A model generated the notes under the pieces. The model was given only the letters and a program-made list of their open reading frames with translations. It was not told the DNA's origin and did not search any database. The position numbers and the translations under genes were made by a program. A DNA stretch of 64,000 bases from an uncultured Eubacteriales bacterium (GTDB taxonomy: Bacteria > Acidobacteriota > Aminicenantia > Aminicenantales > Aminicenantaceae): the NCBI GenBank assembly GCA_964514305.1, contig CAZEQD010000004.1, positions 20-64,019 of the forward strand, given 5' to 3'. Shown here piece after piece: positions 37,352 through 46,644 of this stretch (within the stretch, counting starts at the first letter, position 1; the number at the start of each line of letters is the position of its first letter).

Positions 37352-38961
37352 AAATAAAAAAGAAAGCCAAAATCAATGGTTAAAAATATATTCTGCTGTA
37401 GCCACTCCACCCGGTTTAAATTGTGAGCTAAACCCAGAGCTCCATTTAGGCCAACTCTACCCAATCTCAATTCAGCTCCGCTTAAGATAGCTACTCCCCA
37501 AAGAGTTTTTTGTCTGTAATCATAAACAAAACTGTAATACCATATCTCTTTGAAGATCTGAGCTGCTTCGACACCTAAGCCACCAAGCTGGAGATCAAAA
37601 TAGAAAGCTATTGGATCCATTTTTAAAGGTAAATAATACTTAATCCCTCCACTAAAAAGAACAACACTTTTTACCCAGTTGGAAGAGGAATAAATAAAAG
37701 AACTGGGATAATAACCGGCTCCACCATGAATAGAAATTCCTCTTTTAGTATTGAATTGGATAAAGATTCCTAGGCCGCCTTGAGACTGCCCATATCCTAT
37801 TCCTAAGGAAAAAGGGTAATACTTTTTTTTATTAATTTTAACTGCGAAAGGATGTAATTTTTTCTGGATGATTGGTTGATTAGCTTTTTTTCCTCTCTTC
37901 CTATTTTGAGGAAAAGGGGAAAAATCTTTTTCTTCTTTGAATTTCTCGGCAGAAAAATGCTCAACCAGGCCTGATGATGAAGGAAGGATCTTAGTCTCTT
38001 TCTCTATAACCTCTTTTTCTTGGTTAGCTGCCCTTAAGGCCAAAAACGGCCTGGCTCGAAAATAATTTCTAGCTTTAAGACTAGTTAGTTCTCTTCTTTC
38101 TAATGCCTGAGGGAAGTCTACTATTTTTAAGAAAAAAGCATCTTCATCCTCTGAAAAAGCAGAGATTTTAAGGCCCTTAAACAGATTTTCCTTTGTTTCA
38201 AGAGGTGTTTTCTGATTACAATCTAAGGAAACTTCGATAAGTTTGGTCTGAATTTTGTTTTTCTCATCTTTTTTTGCTGTTTTAAAAAATCTGTTTACCT
38301 CTATTTCCCCTGGGCTTTTTACTGCTCTTCGGAAGACAAGCTGATTTCCTTCTCTAAAGGCAAAGGGCAATTTATTTAAATGTAGCCTTAGAGAAGGCAG
38401 GGCAGTAGCTATTATATTCTGGTATGATTCTTTTTTTTGAGTAAAAGATTTTAAACTAGGGAAAGTTCTAGCCAAGGTGTGAGGAGCTGGATCAAGAGAG
38501 ACAAATTCTCTTTTAAAAAGTGACGTGGGCAGAACGGTCATTTTGTCCAAAAAAGTTTTTTGGTCCTTCTTTTTCTCAATTAATAAAGCATTTTTTTTCT
38601 TAAGTGATAAATTATCTCGCTTTTTTCTTGAATCAGCCTTTAGGTTCGCTTCAAATTGTAAATCCCTTTTACTTCCTTCAAAAAATTCAATTAGCAAGCT
38701 ATGAACAAAGCCGCTAACTTTACAATTCTTTTTTGACGAACGAAAGGTTACATAATACCACTCATTTCTTATTTTCCCAGCTTGAAATAAAGTAAGAATA
38801 GTTCCCTTGTTAACAGTTTCTATTAAATAGCTGCGGCTATTAGGCTCTGCATAAATATTAGCTTTATCAGCAACGACAACAGCTTTTCTGACTTGAGTAG
38901 AAGATAAATTAAGAACCAGTAATAGACAGGCAGAAATGAGCATAAAAATAATTTTTTTCAT
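37348..38961 (-). CDS. Hypothetical outer-membrane beta-barrel protein
   Basis: Signal peptide. C-terminal alternating amphipathic strands ending in 'FLFYF'. Confidence 0.45.
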   Translation of the reverse strand: MKKIIFMLISACLLLVLNLSSTQVRKAVVVADKANIYAEPNSRSYLIETVNKGTILTLFQAGKIRNEWYYVTFRSSKKNCKVSGFVHSLLIEFFEGSKRDLQFEANLKADSRKKRDNLSLKKKNALLIEKKKDQKTFLDKMTVLPTSLFKREFVSLDPAPHTLARTFPSLKSFTQKKESYQNIIATALPSLRLHLNKLPFAFREGNQLVFRRAVKSPGEIEVNRFFKTAKKDEKNKIQTKLIEVSLDCNQKTPLETKENLFKGLKISAFSEDEDAFFLKIVDFPQALERRELTSLKARNYFRARPFLALRAANQEKEVIEKETKILPSSSGLVEHFSAEKFKEEKDFSPFPQNRKRGKKANQPIIQKKLHPFAVKINKKKYYPFSLGIGYGQSQGGLGIFIQFNTKRGISIHGGAGYYPSSFIYSSSNWVKSVVLFSGGIKYYLPLKMDPIAFYFDLQLGGLGVEAAQIFKEIWYYSFVYDYRQKTLWGVAILSGAELRLGRVGLNGALGLAHNLNRVEWLQQNIFLTIDFGFLFYF

Positions 38962-39110
38962 TATTTTATCTCTTATTTTTAAAATTTTAGTTAGATCTGG
39001 TCAGCCGTCAATCGCCTCTCTAGGTGAAAAGGGCGATGATATTGTCCTCTCCTTAATCACCTCTGTCGATGACCTAATTTGTCTTAGTCAACCAAGAAAA
39101 CGTCCCTAAA

Positions 39111-39270
39111 ACTGCGATAGCTAATAATGAATGAGGTCATATTTATAGGCAGCTATTTTCCTCCATCCGAGCCCATAGTGCTGGGTGGGCTGGTCTTGGC
39201 GAGGATGGAAGGAAATTAATGCCAAATTTCATTTCTTTATGAAGAATTTCACTCTTCACGCTTTTGGAGA
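39111..39270 (+). repeat. Family-A dispersed repeat, full copy A1 (contains a conserved 30-codon ORF and nested stems)
   Basis: ~80% identical over ~150 nt to 63731-63890. The ORF 'MNEVIFIGSYFPPSEPIVLGGLVLARMEGN' is at 39127-39219. Confidence 0.6.
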
Positions 39271-39292
39271 TGCTGCCGGCGGCCAGCTCTTA

Positions 39293-39321
39293 TTGACAGA
39301 TAAAAAAATGTAACATATACT
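39293..39321 (+). promoter_or_regulatory. Sigma70-like promoter TTGACA-17-TATACT for thiC
   Basis: Hexamers at 39293-39298 and 39316-39321, about 50 nt upstream of the thiC ATG. Confidence 0.45.
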
Positions 39322-39371
39322 ATGGTGTCTAATCATTAAAATTAAGTCTTTAGAATCGATTGTGAAAACTT

Positions 39372-40679
39372 ATGACTCAATTAGAAGAAGCCAGAAAAGG
39401 AAATATAACTCCAGCCTTAAAAATAATCGCTGAAGAAGAAGGCCTCTCTTGCCAGACTTTACTCGAGCTGGTTGCTCAGGGAAAAGTTGTTATTCCTTGC
39501 AATCCCAACCATCCTATTTCTCGGCCGGCAGGCATTGGTTACAATCTAAAGACCAAGGTTAACGTTAATATCGGAACCTCTGTCGATTTTCCTCAAATAG
39601 AAAATGAAATTAAAAAAGTAGAAGTGTCTCTAAAATATGGCGCCGATACATTGATGGACTTGAGCACAGGCGGGGATATAAAAAAAATCCGGAAAACAAT
39701 TCTAGCTAAAGCCCCCATTCCTCTAGGCACAGTACCTGTTTATCAAGCTGCTATTACAGCTATCGAACATCGAGGCTCAATTGTAGACATGAAAGTGGAT
39801 GATCTTTTTTCTATTATTGAATCTCAAGCTAAGGAAGGGGTTGACTTCATGACAGTTCATGCTGGCTTGACTTCGAAAGGAATTGAAAGGTTAAAGAATC
39901 AGGGAAGAGTAGCTGACATTGTTTCTAGAGGAGGTGCCTTTCATTTAGCTTGGATGCTTCATAATCAAAAAGAAAATCCGCTTTATGTTCATTTTGATCG
40001 CTTATTGGAAATAGCTGCAAAATACGATGTAACTCTAAGCCTTGGCGATGGACTAAGACCGGGCTCAATTCTTGATGCTACAGATCGCCCTCAAATAGAA
40101 GAGCTTCTAACTTTAGGTGAACTGGTTAAGCATTCTTGGGAGCAGAACGTTCAGGTTATGGTCGAAGGTCCTGGCCATATTCCTCTTGACCAAGTAGAAA
40201 TGAACATCAAACTCCAAAAACGTCTCTGTCATGATGCTCCTTTCTACGTCTTAGGCCCATTAGTTACAGATATTGCCGCTGGTTATGACCACATTGTCTC
40301 AGCTATTGGAGGCGCTATAGCTGCCGCTGCTGGGGCAGACTTCCTATGTTATGTCACTCCTGCAGAACACCTTGGTTTGCCCTCAGTCGATGATGTTAGA
40401 GAAGGTCTTATCGCTTCCAAAATTGCTGCTCACGCAGCCGACATTGTCAAAGGGATAAAGGGGGCCCTTGATAGAGATTATAAGATTTCAGAAGCAAGAA
40501 AAAATCTTGATTGGGCAAAGCAAAGCCAACTAGCCATTGACCCTTATAAATTTAAGGATATACGAAAAAAAAGAAAGTCAAGATCAGCGGCCTGCTCCAT
40601 GTGCGGAGATTTTTGTGCTCTTCGCATCGTCAGCGAATTCTTAAATTCCAAGGGAGCAGCCGATGACATCCGCTTCTAA
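39372..40679 (+). CDS. thiC: Phosphomethylpyrimidine synthase
   Basis: Full-length ThiC with C-terminal '[11 protein letters not shown]'. Confidence 0.9.
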   Translation: MTQLEEARKGNITPALKIIAEEEGLSCQTLLELVAQGKVVIPCNPNHPISRPAGIGYNLKTKVNVNIGTSVDFPQIENEIKKVEVSLKYGADTLMDLSTGGDIKKIRKTILAKAPIPLGTVPVYQAAITAIEHRGSIVDMKVDDLFSIIESQAKEGVDFMTVHAGLTSKGIERLKNQGRVADIVSRGGAFHLAWMLHNQKENPLYVHFDRLLEIAAKYDVTLSLGDGLRPGSILDATDRPQIEELLTLGELVKHSWEQNVQVMVEGPGHIPLDQVEMNIKLQKRLCHDAPFYVLGPLVTDIAAGYDHIVSAIGGAIAAAAGADFLCYVTPAEHLGLPSVDDVREGLIASKIAAHAADIVKGIKGALDRDYKISEARKNLDWAKQSQLAIDPYKFKDIRKKRKSRSAACSMCGDFCALRIVSEFLNSKGAADDIRF

Positions 40680-41502
40680 ACTCCTTTTTGGAACAGCCGG
40701 TATTCCTCACCAGACGACTATTTCCTCCACCCTAAAAGGAATTCAGGAAGTCAAAAACCTGGGCCTTGATTGCTTAGAAATCGAGTTTGTGAAGGGCATT
40801 AAAATGAGCCTGGATCTAGCTCAAGAAATAAAAAAAGCAGCCTCAGCCAGCCAAATAAGACTAAGCCTTCATGCTCCTTATTATATTAATCTTAATTCTG
40901 TTGAAGAAGGAAAGAGGTTATCCAGTCAAGAACGTCTTTTAACTTCAGGCCGAATAGCTAAAATCTGTGGAGCCGAAAGCGTCGTTTTCCACCCTGGATA
41001 TTATGGGGAAAAAACCTCAGAAGAGACTTACCAAAATATTCGAAAAGGAATAAGTGAAATTATCTCTATTTTAAAAGCAGAAAGAAACAACATTATTCTC
41101 AGGCCGGAAACTATGGGGAAAAAAACCCAGTTTGGTTCCCTGGAAGAAACATTACGTCTTTGCCGGGAGACAGAGGGCCTTCTCCCCTGCCTTGATTTCT
41201 CCCATCTCCATGCAAGAGAAGGAAAGATAAACAGCTATTCTGAATTTCAGCGCATTTTCAAAAAAGTAGAAAAAAAATTAGGTATTCTTGCCTTAAAAAA
41301 TGCTCATATTCACATCTCTGGGTCAGAATACAATGCAAAAGGAGAGAGAAAACATATAAATCTTCAGAGCTCAGATTTTCGTTATGATGAATGGATCCAA
41401 GCACTGAAAGATTTAGAGGTAGAAGGAATGGTCATCTGTGAGAGTCCTAATTTGGAGAAAGATGCTCTAATGCTCAAAAATCTTTATCAGAGCAGAGCTT
41501 AA
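40663..41502 (+). CDS. Endonuclease IV-like (AP endonuclease family 2 / xylose-isomerase-like TIM barrel) protein
   Basis: 'HAPYYINL', 'VFHPGYY', '[14 protein letters not shown]', '[12 protein letters not shown]' parallel the Nfo metal-binding blocks. Confidence 0.55.
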   Translation: MTSASKLLFGTAGIPHQTTISSTLKGIQEVKNLGLDCLEIEFVKGIKMSLDLAQEIKKAASASQIRLSLHAPYYINLNSVEEGKRLSSQERLLTSGRIAKICGAESVVFHPGYYGEKTSEETYQNIRKGISEIISILKAERNNIILRPETMGKKTQFGSLEETLRLCRETEGLLPCLDFSHLHAREGKINSYSEFQRIFKKVEKKLGILALKNAHIHISGSEYNAKGERKHINLQSSDFRYDEWIQALKDLEVEGMVICESPNLEKDALMLKNLYQSRA

Positions 41503-41658
41503 TTAATAATTTAAATTAAATTACAAAATCAAGATTGTCGCCTTCACCCCCCTCTAAGGGTGAATCATTCAGCTAAAATTCATCCTCCAAACCACCTTAA
41601 AAGGCCATTGCATTTAAGCTTGGATTATGACATTATAAACAGGCTCAAACTAAAAAAG

Positions 41659-41742
41659 AGGAGGGCCGTGCCAGGTTTTGGAAAAGGAAGAAAGGTGGGA
41701 GGATAAAGGTGGGATCCTCTCATGCGGCCCTCCTTTTAAATT
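41659..41742 (+). other. GGA-rich hairpin element with a U-rich tail (candidate sRNA or complex terminator)
   Basis: 10-bp stem aggagggccg/cggccctcct closes a 56-nt purine-rich interior with six GGA motifs, then 'ttttaaatt'. Confidence 0.35.
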
Positions 41743-41910
41743 CATAATATCTATTTAGTAAAAATCTTAATTCCACACCACCCAATATACAATATCTTGA
41801 GTCTTCTAGCAAAAAAATACGACATATTGTGAAAAAAGTCAAGTAAATTTTTATAAAAAATTGCCAAATACTAAAAAAGAAGATAAGATAAAATAACGAC
41901 AGGAGGAAGG

Positions 41911-43335
41911 ATGAAAGACTATAAACTTTTAATTAATGGTAAATGGCAAGAATCAAAAAAGGTAAGGCTTATAAAATTCCCTTTCGATCAAAGCTCAATA
42001 GGAAAAGTTCATTTGGCTGAAAAGGATCAAATTGAATTAGCTTTGTCTGCAGCTGAAGCTGCCTTTGCCTCTACCAAAAAGTTATCAAGTTATGACCGGT
42101 CTCTTATCCTGGAAAATATCTCGGCTAAAATTGAAAAGAATAAAGAAGAAATAAGCCGCTCTATTGTCCTCACCTCAGGAAAACCTCTAAAGTCCGCTAG
42201 AGTAGAGGTTTCCAGAGCGATTAATACTTTTAAGATTGCCTCTGAAGAAGCTAAAAGAATAGACGGAGAAATCATACCTCTTGACTGGAGTCCACAAACT
42301 AAAGAAAGATGGGGATTATTAAGACGCTTTCCTCTTGGAGTTATTACAGCCATTACTCCCTTTAATTTTCCTCTCAATCTCGTTGCCCATAAATTGGGGC
42401 CAGCTCTTGCTTCAGGCAATTCTATTATCCTTAGACCAGCTACCCAAGTAAGTATCACTTCCCTCCTCTTAGGAGACATAATTAAGGAGAGCGGCTATCC
42501 AGCCGGAGGAGTGAATGTTGTTCCGTGTGGCTATCAAGAAGCTGAAGCCTTGCTCACTGATAAGCGGATCAAAATGCTTACTTTTACTGGCAGTCCTACT
42601 GTAGGATGGGAATTCAAAAAGAAAGCTTATAAGAAAAAAGTAACCCTAGAATTGGGAGGAAATGCAGCTGCAATCATAGAACCGGATTCAAATTTAGATT
42701 ATGCTCTGGAAAGAACAATTTTAGGAGCTTTTGCTTATTCTGGTCAAATTTGTATTTCCATTCAAAGAATTTTCCTCCATGAGAAAATATATGATCGTTT
42801 TATGGCTGAGTTCACGGCCAAAATAAAAAAGCTGAAAATGGGTAATCCCCTTGATGAAGAAACTGATATCGGTCCTATGATAAATATAGAAGCTGCTAAC
42901 AAAACTGAAGAATGGGTAAATGAAGCCTTAGAAAATGGAGCCCGTCTTGTTTGCGGGGGAAACAGAGAAGGGGTAATGTTCGAACCGACTGTCCTTGAAA
43001 AAGTAAAACCTAAACTTCGCATTTCATGGTTAGAGGCTTTTGCTCCAGTAGTTGTGGTATTTCCCTATCGAAATTTTGAAGATGCTCTTCAAGGTGTTAA
43101 TTATTCAATCTACGGCCTTCAAGCTGGTGTTTTCACCTCAAATCTCAACAAAGCTTTTCAAGCTTTTGAAAACTTAGATGTTGGGGGGGTAATCATCAAT
43201 GATATTCCTACTTTCAGGATTGATCACATGCCTTATGGAGGAATCAAAGAATCGGGTTTTGGACGCGAAGGCTTGAAATATACTATAGAAGAAATGACAG
43301 AGCCAAAATTAATGGCTCTTAATCTCCTCGTCTGA
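41911..43335 (+). CDS. NAD(P)-dependent aldehyde dehydrogenase
   Basis: 'ELGGNAA' and catalytic-Cys block 'GQICISIQR'. 474 aa. Confidence 0.8.
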   Translation: MKDYKLLINGKWQESKKVRLIKFPFDQSSIGKVHLAEKDQIELALSAAEAAFASTKKLSSYDRSLILENISAKIEKNKEEISRSIVLTSGKPLKSARVEVSRAINTFKIASEEAKRIDGEIIPLDWSPQTKERWGLLRRFPLGVITAITPFNFPLNLVAHKLGPALASGNSIILRPATQVSITSLLLGDIIKESGYPAGGVNVVPCGYQEAEALLTDKRIKMLTFTGSPTVGWEFKKKAYKKKVTLELGGNAAAIIEPDSNLDYALERTILGAFAYSGQICISIQRIFLHEKIYDRFMAEFTAKIKKLKMGNPLDEETDIGPMINIEAANKTEEWVNEALENGARLVCGGNREGVMFEPTVLEKVKPKLRISWLEAFAPVVVVFPYRNFEDALQGVNYSIYGLQAGVFTSNLNKAFQAFENLDVGGVIINDIPTFRIDHMPYGGIKESGFGREGLKYTIEEMTEPKLMALNLLV

Positions 43336-43547
43336 AAAGCCAAACCGCCTGTTAGCCAGAGGAGACTTACTAGCACTTACTTGCGGCTCATTACCTGCTC
43401 TCTTCCATTTATTGCTTGACACATACTTCAGAGAATCCTAAACTAGAATTTAATTAACCTGAATAATTCACCAATAAAGTTTATGGGAAATTTTAAGAAT
43501 ACTTCAGGTTAATTACGTTCTTAATTTATATTTTCCTGGAGGTAATA

Positions 43548-44405
43548 ATGAAAGTCATAAGCTTAGCAAAGGTTAGAGATAGAATTAAAGATGTAGTTCA
43601 ACAGGCAAATTTTGAACTTCAAGATGATGTCCTTAAAATTATCAAAGAAATGGAAGGAAGGGAAGAATCTCCAGCTGGAAAAGCTGTTTTTAAACAAATC
43701 TTAGAAAATGCTCAAATTGCTAAAAATGAAAAGTTAGGTCTTTGTCAGGATACGGGTTTAGCTGTCTTTTTTGTTGAGATAGGAGAAGATGTTGAGCTTA
43801 AAAAAGAAGAGGGCCTGGAAAGCCTAGGTCAAGCTATTACTGAAGGAACAAGGATAGGCTACCAAGAAGGTTATCTGCGAAAATCTGTGGTTGAAGATCC
43901 CATAAGGAGAAAAAATACAGGTGACAATACACCCACCTACATTCACTGGGAATTATTACCAGGAGATAAATTTAAAATTACTTTTATAGCTAAAGGTGGT
44001 GGAGCTGAAAATATGAGTGCTATTCGCATGTTTGCTCCTGCAGCTGGAAAAGAAGGAATAGAAGATTTCGTTGTCGAAACAGTGGATAAAGCAGGCTCTA
44101 ATCCCTGCCCTCCAATTATTGTTGGAGTCGGAGTCGGTGGCAACTTCGAATATTCTGCTTTTCTGGCCAAAAAATCTTTATTAAGAAGACCTCTTGGAAC
44201 TCATAACCCTGACCCATTTTATGCTGATATGGAAAGGAGATTGCTGGAAAGAATCAATAATTTAGGCATTGGACCTCAAGGCATGGGGGGAAGAATTACA
44301 GCTCTAGCAGTCCATGTGGAATCATTCCCCTGCCACATTGCTTCCATGCCAGCTGCAGTCAATATTGAGTGCCATTCTCATCGAGTCATAAGCTTTGAAT
44401 TATAA
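43548..44405 (+). CDS. Fe-S hydro-lyase, tartrate/fumarate subfamily, alpha-type subunit (class I fumarate hydratase alpha)
   Basis: 'LCQDTGLAVFFVEIGEDV'. ~285 aa. Confidence 0.7.
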   Translation: MKVISLAKVRDRIKDVVQQANFELQDDVLKIIKEMEGREESPAGKAVFKQILENAQIAKNEKLGLCQDTGLAVFFVEIGEDVELKKEEGLESLGQAITEGTRIGYQEGYLRKSVVEDPIRRKNTGDNTPTYIHWELLPGDKFKITFIAKGGGAENMSAIRMFAPAAGKEGIEDFVVETVDKAGSNPCPPIIVGVGVGGNFEYSAFLAKKSLLRRPLGTHNPDPFYADMERRLLERINNLGIGPQGMGGRITALAVHVESFPCHIASMPAAVNIECHSHRVISFEL

Positions 44406-44489
44406 TAATTTTTTGAGATCATCTCTCCTTTCTTCTAATTTCCGGATTAATGTCCAAGACAAAACAATCATCAATTAAAGGAGATTCTA

Positions 44490-45032
44490 ATGATTGAAAT
44501 CCGCTTTCATGGACGAGGAGGCCAGGGAACTGTTGTTGCCTCCAAGATTCTGGCTGATGCTATCGCCAAAGAAGGAAAATATGTTCAGGCTTACCCAGAA
44601 TTTGGAGTAGAAAGAAGAGGGGCTCCGGTCTACGCCTTTCTCCGAATCGATAATAATCCTATTTTCGATAAAAGCCGCATTTATCACCCTGACCATATAG
44701 TGGTGGTAGACCCCACCCTTATAGAAGCCATTGATGTCACCCAAGGCTTAAAAGATGGAGGCTGGATAATTGTCAATTCAGATAGGAAGCCAGAAAAATT
44801 GGGCTTCCCTTCCAAATATAAAGTAGCAACTATTGATGCTACTGAAATCGCCATAAAACATAAGTTAGGAACTATGGCTGCTCCTATCGTCAATACAGCT
44901 ATTGTCGGAGCAGTCGTCAAAATCTTAGGTTTAGCCAAATTAGAATCAGTCTTGGAAGCCGTCCAAGAAGGAGTTCCCCTTAAACCCGAAGCCAACACTT
45001 CAGCAGCTAAAGAGGCTTATGAAAGAGCTTAA
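44490..45032 (+). CDS. porG: 2-oxoacid:ferredoxin oxidoreductase gamma subunit
   Basis: 'MIEIRFHGRGGQGTVVASKILA..YPEFGVERRGAPV'. Confidence 0.85.
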   Translation: MIEIRFHGRGGQGTVVASKILADAIAKEGKYVQAYPEFGVERRGAPVYAFLRIDNNPIFDKSRIYHPDHIVVVDPTLIEAIDVTQGLKDGGWIIVNSDRKPEKLGFPSKYKVATIDATEIAIKHKLGTMAAPIVNTAIVGAVVKILGLAKLESVLEAVQEGVPLKPEANTSAAKEAYERA

Positions 45033-45193
45033 AAATTTTTATAATTATACTATTTCTATAGTTTTTCTATAATATTAAATTGGTTACTAAATTCAGGATT
45101 ATAACCCCTTTTATTTTACCTACCATAATTAGATTGAAAAAAACATTACTTTAGGCTTTTTATAAATTTTTTAAATTGAGGAGATAATAAATA

Positions 45194-45493
45194 ATGAAGG
45201 ATAAAAAATCAGCCAAAAAAATTGTGCTCAAATCCGCCAAAGAATTTCCGTTAATGCCCATGTCGGTGGGTTCTATGCTATTTAACAAGACTGGCGCGTG
45301 GCGCAATATCAGGCCTGTTATTGATCTCAGCCAATGTATTCAATGCGGCATCTGCTGGAAATTCTGTCCGGATGTGGCTATTTTTATTGACAAAGAATTC
45401 CCTGTTGTAAACTATGACTACTGCAAAGGCTGTGGCATTTGCGCCGAAGAGTGCCCTGTCAAATGTATTATCATGGTGGAGGAAGAAAAATGA
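45194..45493 (+). CDS. porD: 2-oxoacid:ferredoxin oxidoreductase delta subunit (2x[4Fe-4S])
   Basis: 'CIQCGICWKFCP' and 'CKGCGICAEECP'. Confidence 0.85.
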   Translation: MKDKKSAKKIVLKSAKEFPLMPMSVGSMLFNKTGAWRNIRPVIDLSQCIQCGICWKFCPDVAIFIDKEFPVVNYDYCKGCGICAEECPVKCIIMVEEEK

Positions 45494-46644
45494 GAAAAGT
45501 GATTATGGGTAATCATGCCTTATCTTATGGGGCAATGTTGGGTAGAGCTCAGGTTATTGCTGCTTATCCTATAACTCCCCAGACCCAAGTAGTAGAACTT
45601 CTTTCAGAAATGTGTGCTAACGGTACATTGAAGGCCAAGTTTATCAAAGTTGAATCAGAACATTCAGCCATGGCTGCTTGCCTGGGTGCTTCTTTGGCTG
45701 GGGCCCGGACTTTTACGGCCACTTCAGCCCAAGGTTTAACTCTAATGCACGAACTCCTTCATTGGGCTTCAGGTGGAAGGCTCCCGGTAGTTATGGGCAA
45801 CATAAATCGAGCCATGGCTCCTGGTTGGAGCATCTGGTCTGACCAAAACGATAGCCTCTCTCAAAGGGACACAGGCTGGATTCAGTTTTACTGTTCCAGT
45901 AATCAGGAAGTGCTCGACACGGTAATCCAAGCTTTTAGAGTCTCTGAAAAATTTCATATCCCGAGTATGATTATCCTTGACGCCTTTACCCTCTCTCATA
46001 CTTATGAAGTAGTTGACATTCCGGATCAAGCTAAAGTTGATGAGTTTTTGCCGCCTTATAAGCCTCAAATCAGGCTTACACCTGAAGAGCCTCGTGCTTT
46101 CGGCGGCTTAACTTCACCCGATCATTATTTTGAGCTCCGTTATAAACTCCAAAAAGACATGGAAAAAGTGCCGCCTTTGATAGAAACGACAGGCAAAGAG
46201 TACCAAAATTTATTCGGCCGCTATTTAGGTTTAGTTGAGGAATATTATTGTCAGGATGCAGATTTAATATTTGTTACCTCTGGGACTACAGGTTCAACGA
46301 CTAAAGTAGCTGTTGACCATCTCCGTCAGCAAGGGATTAAAGCTGGCAATTTAAGAATAAGGGTTTTTAGACCTTTTCCTTTTGCTACCATCAGATCTAT
46401 TCTAAGCCGGGCTAAAAAAGTAGCCGTAGTTGACCGCAATATCTCATACGGCCATCACGGTATTTTTTATCAGGAAGTAAAATCTGCTTTTTACGGTCAA
46501 AATAGCCATCCCCCCATATTTGGTTTCATCACTGGCCTTGGTGGCAGAGACATAACCCCTTCATCTCTCCAAGAAATTGCTTATTATGCCCTAAAAAATG
46601 ATAAACCACAAGAAGAGATTACCTGGATAGGAGTAAGAAAATGA
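45491..46644 (+). CDS. porA: 2-oxoacid:ferredoxin oxidoreductase alpha subunit
   Basis: 'MRKVIMGNHALSYGAML'. Start taken at 45491 rather than the overlapping upstream Met. Confidence 0.8.

Noticed and set aside
39111-39270. TPP riboswitch upstream of thiC (the repeat contains GGGTGGG and AATGCC-like strings)
   Set aside because: No CUGAGA, no proper P4/P5 thi-box. The same element recurs upstream of unrelated genes, and it ends upstream of the thiC promoter.
41659-41734. Small (4.5S-like) SRP RNA: closing GC stem and CCAGGU / GGAA / AGGAAG strings
   Set aside because: It lacks the conserved domain-IV AGCAGC/GNAR internal-loop pattern. The resemblance is limited to short purine-rich strings.
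44490-45032. Possible fumarate hydratase beta subunit following the alpha-type gene
   Set aside because: The sequence 'MIEIRFHGRGGQGTVVASKILA...FGVERRGAPV' is the signature of the 2-oxoacid:ferredoxin oxidoreductase gamma subunit. It is followed by the delta, alpha and beta subunits.
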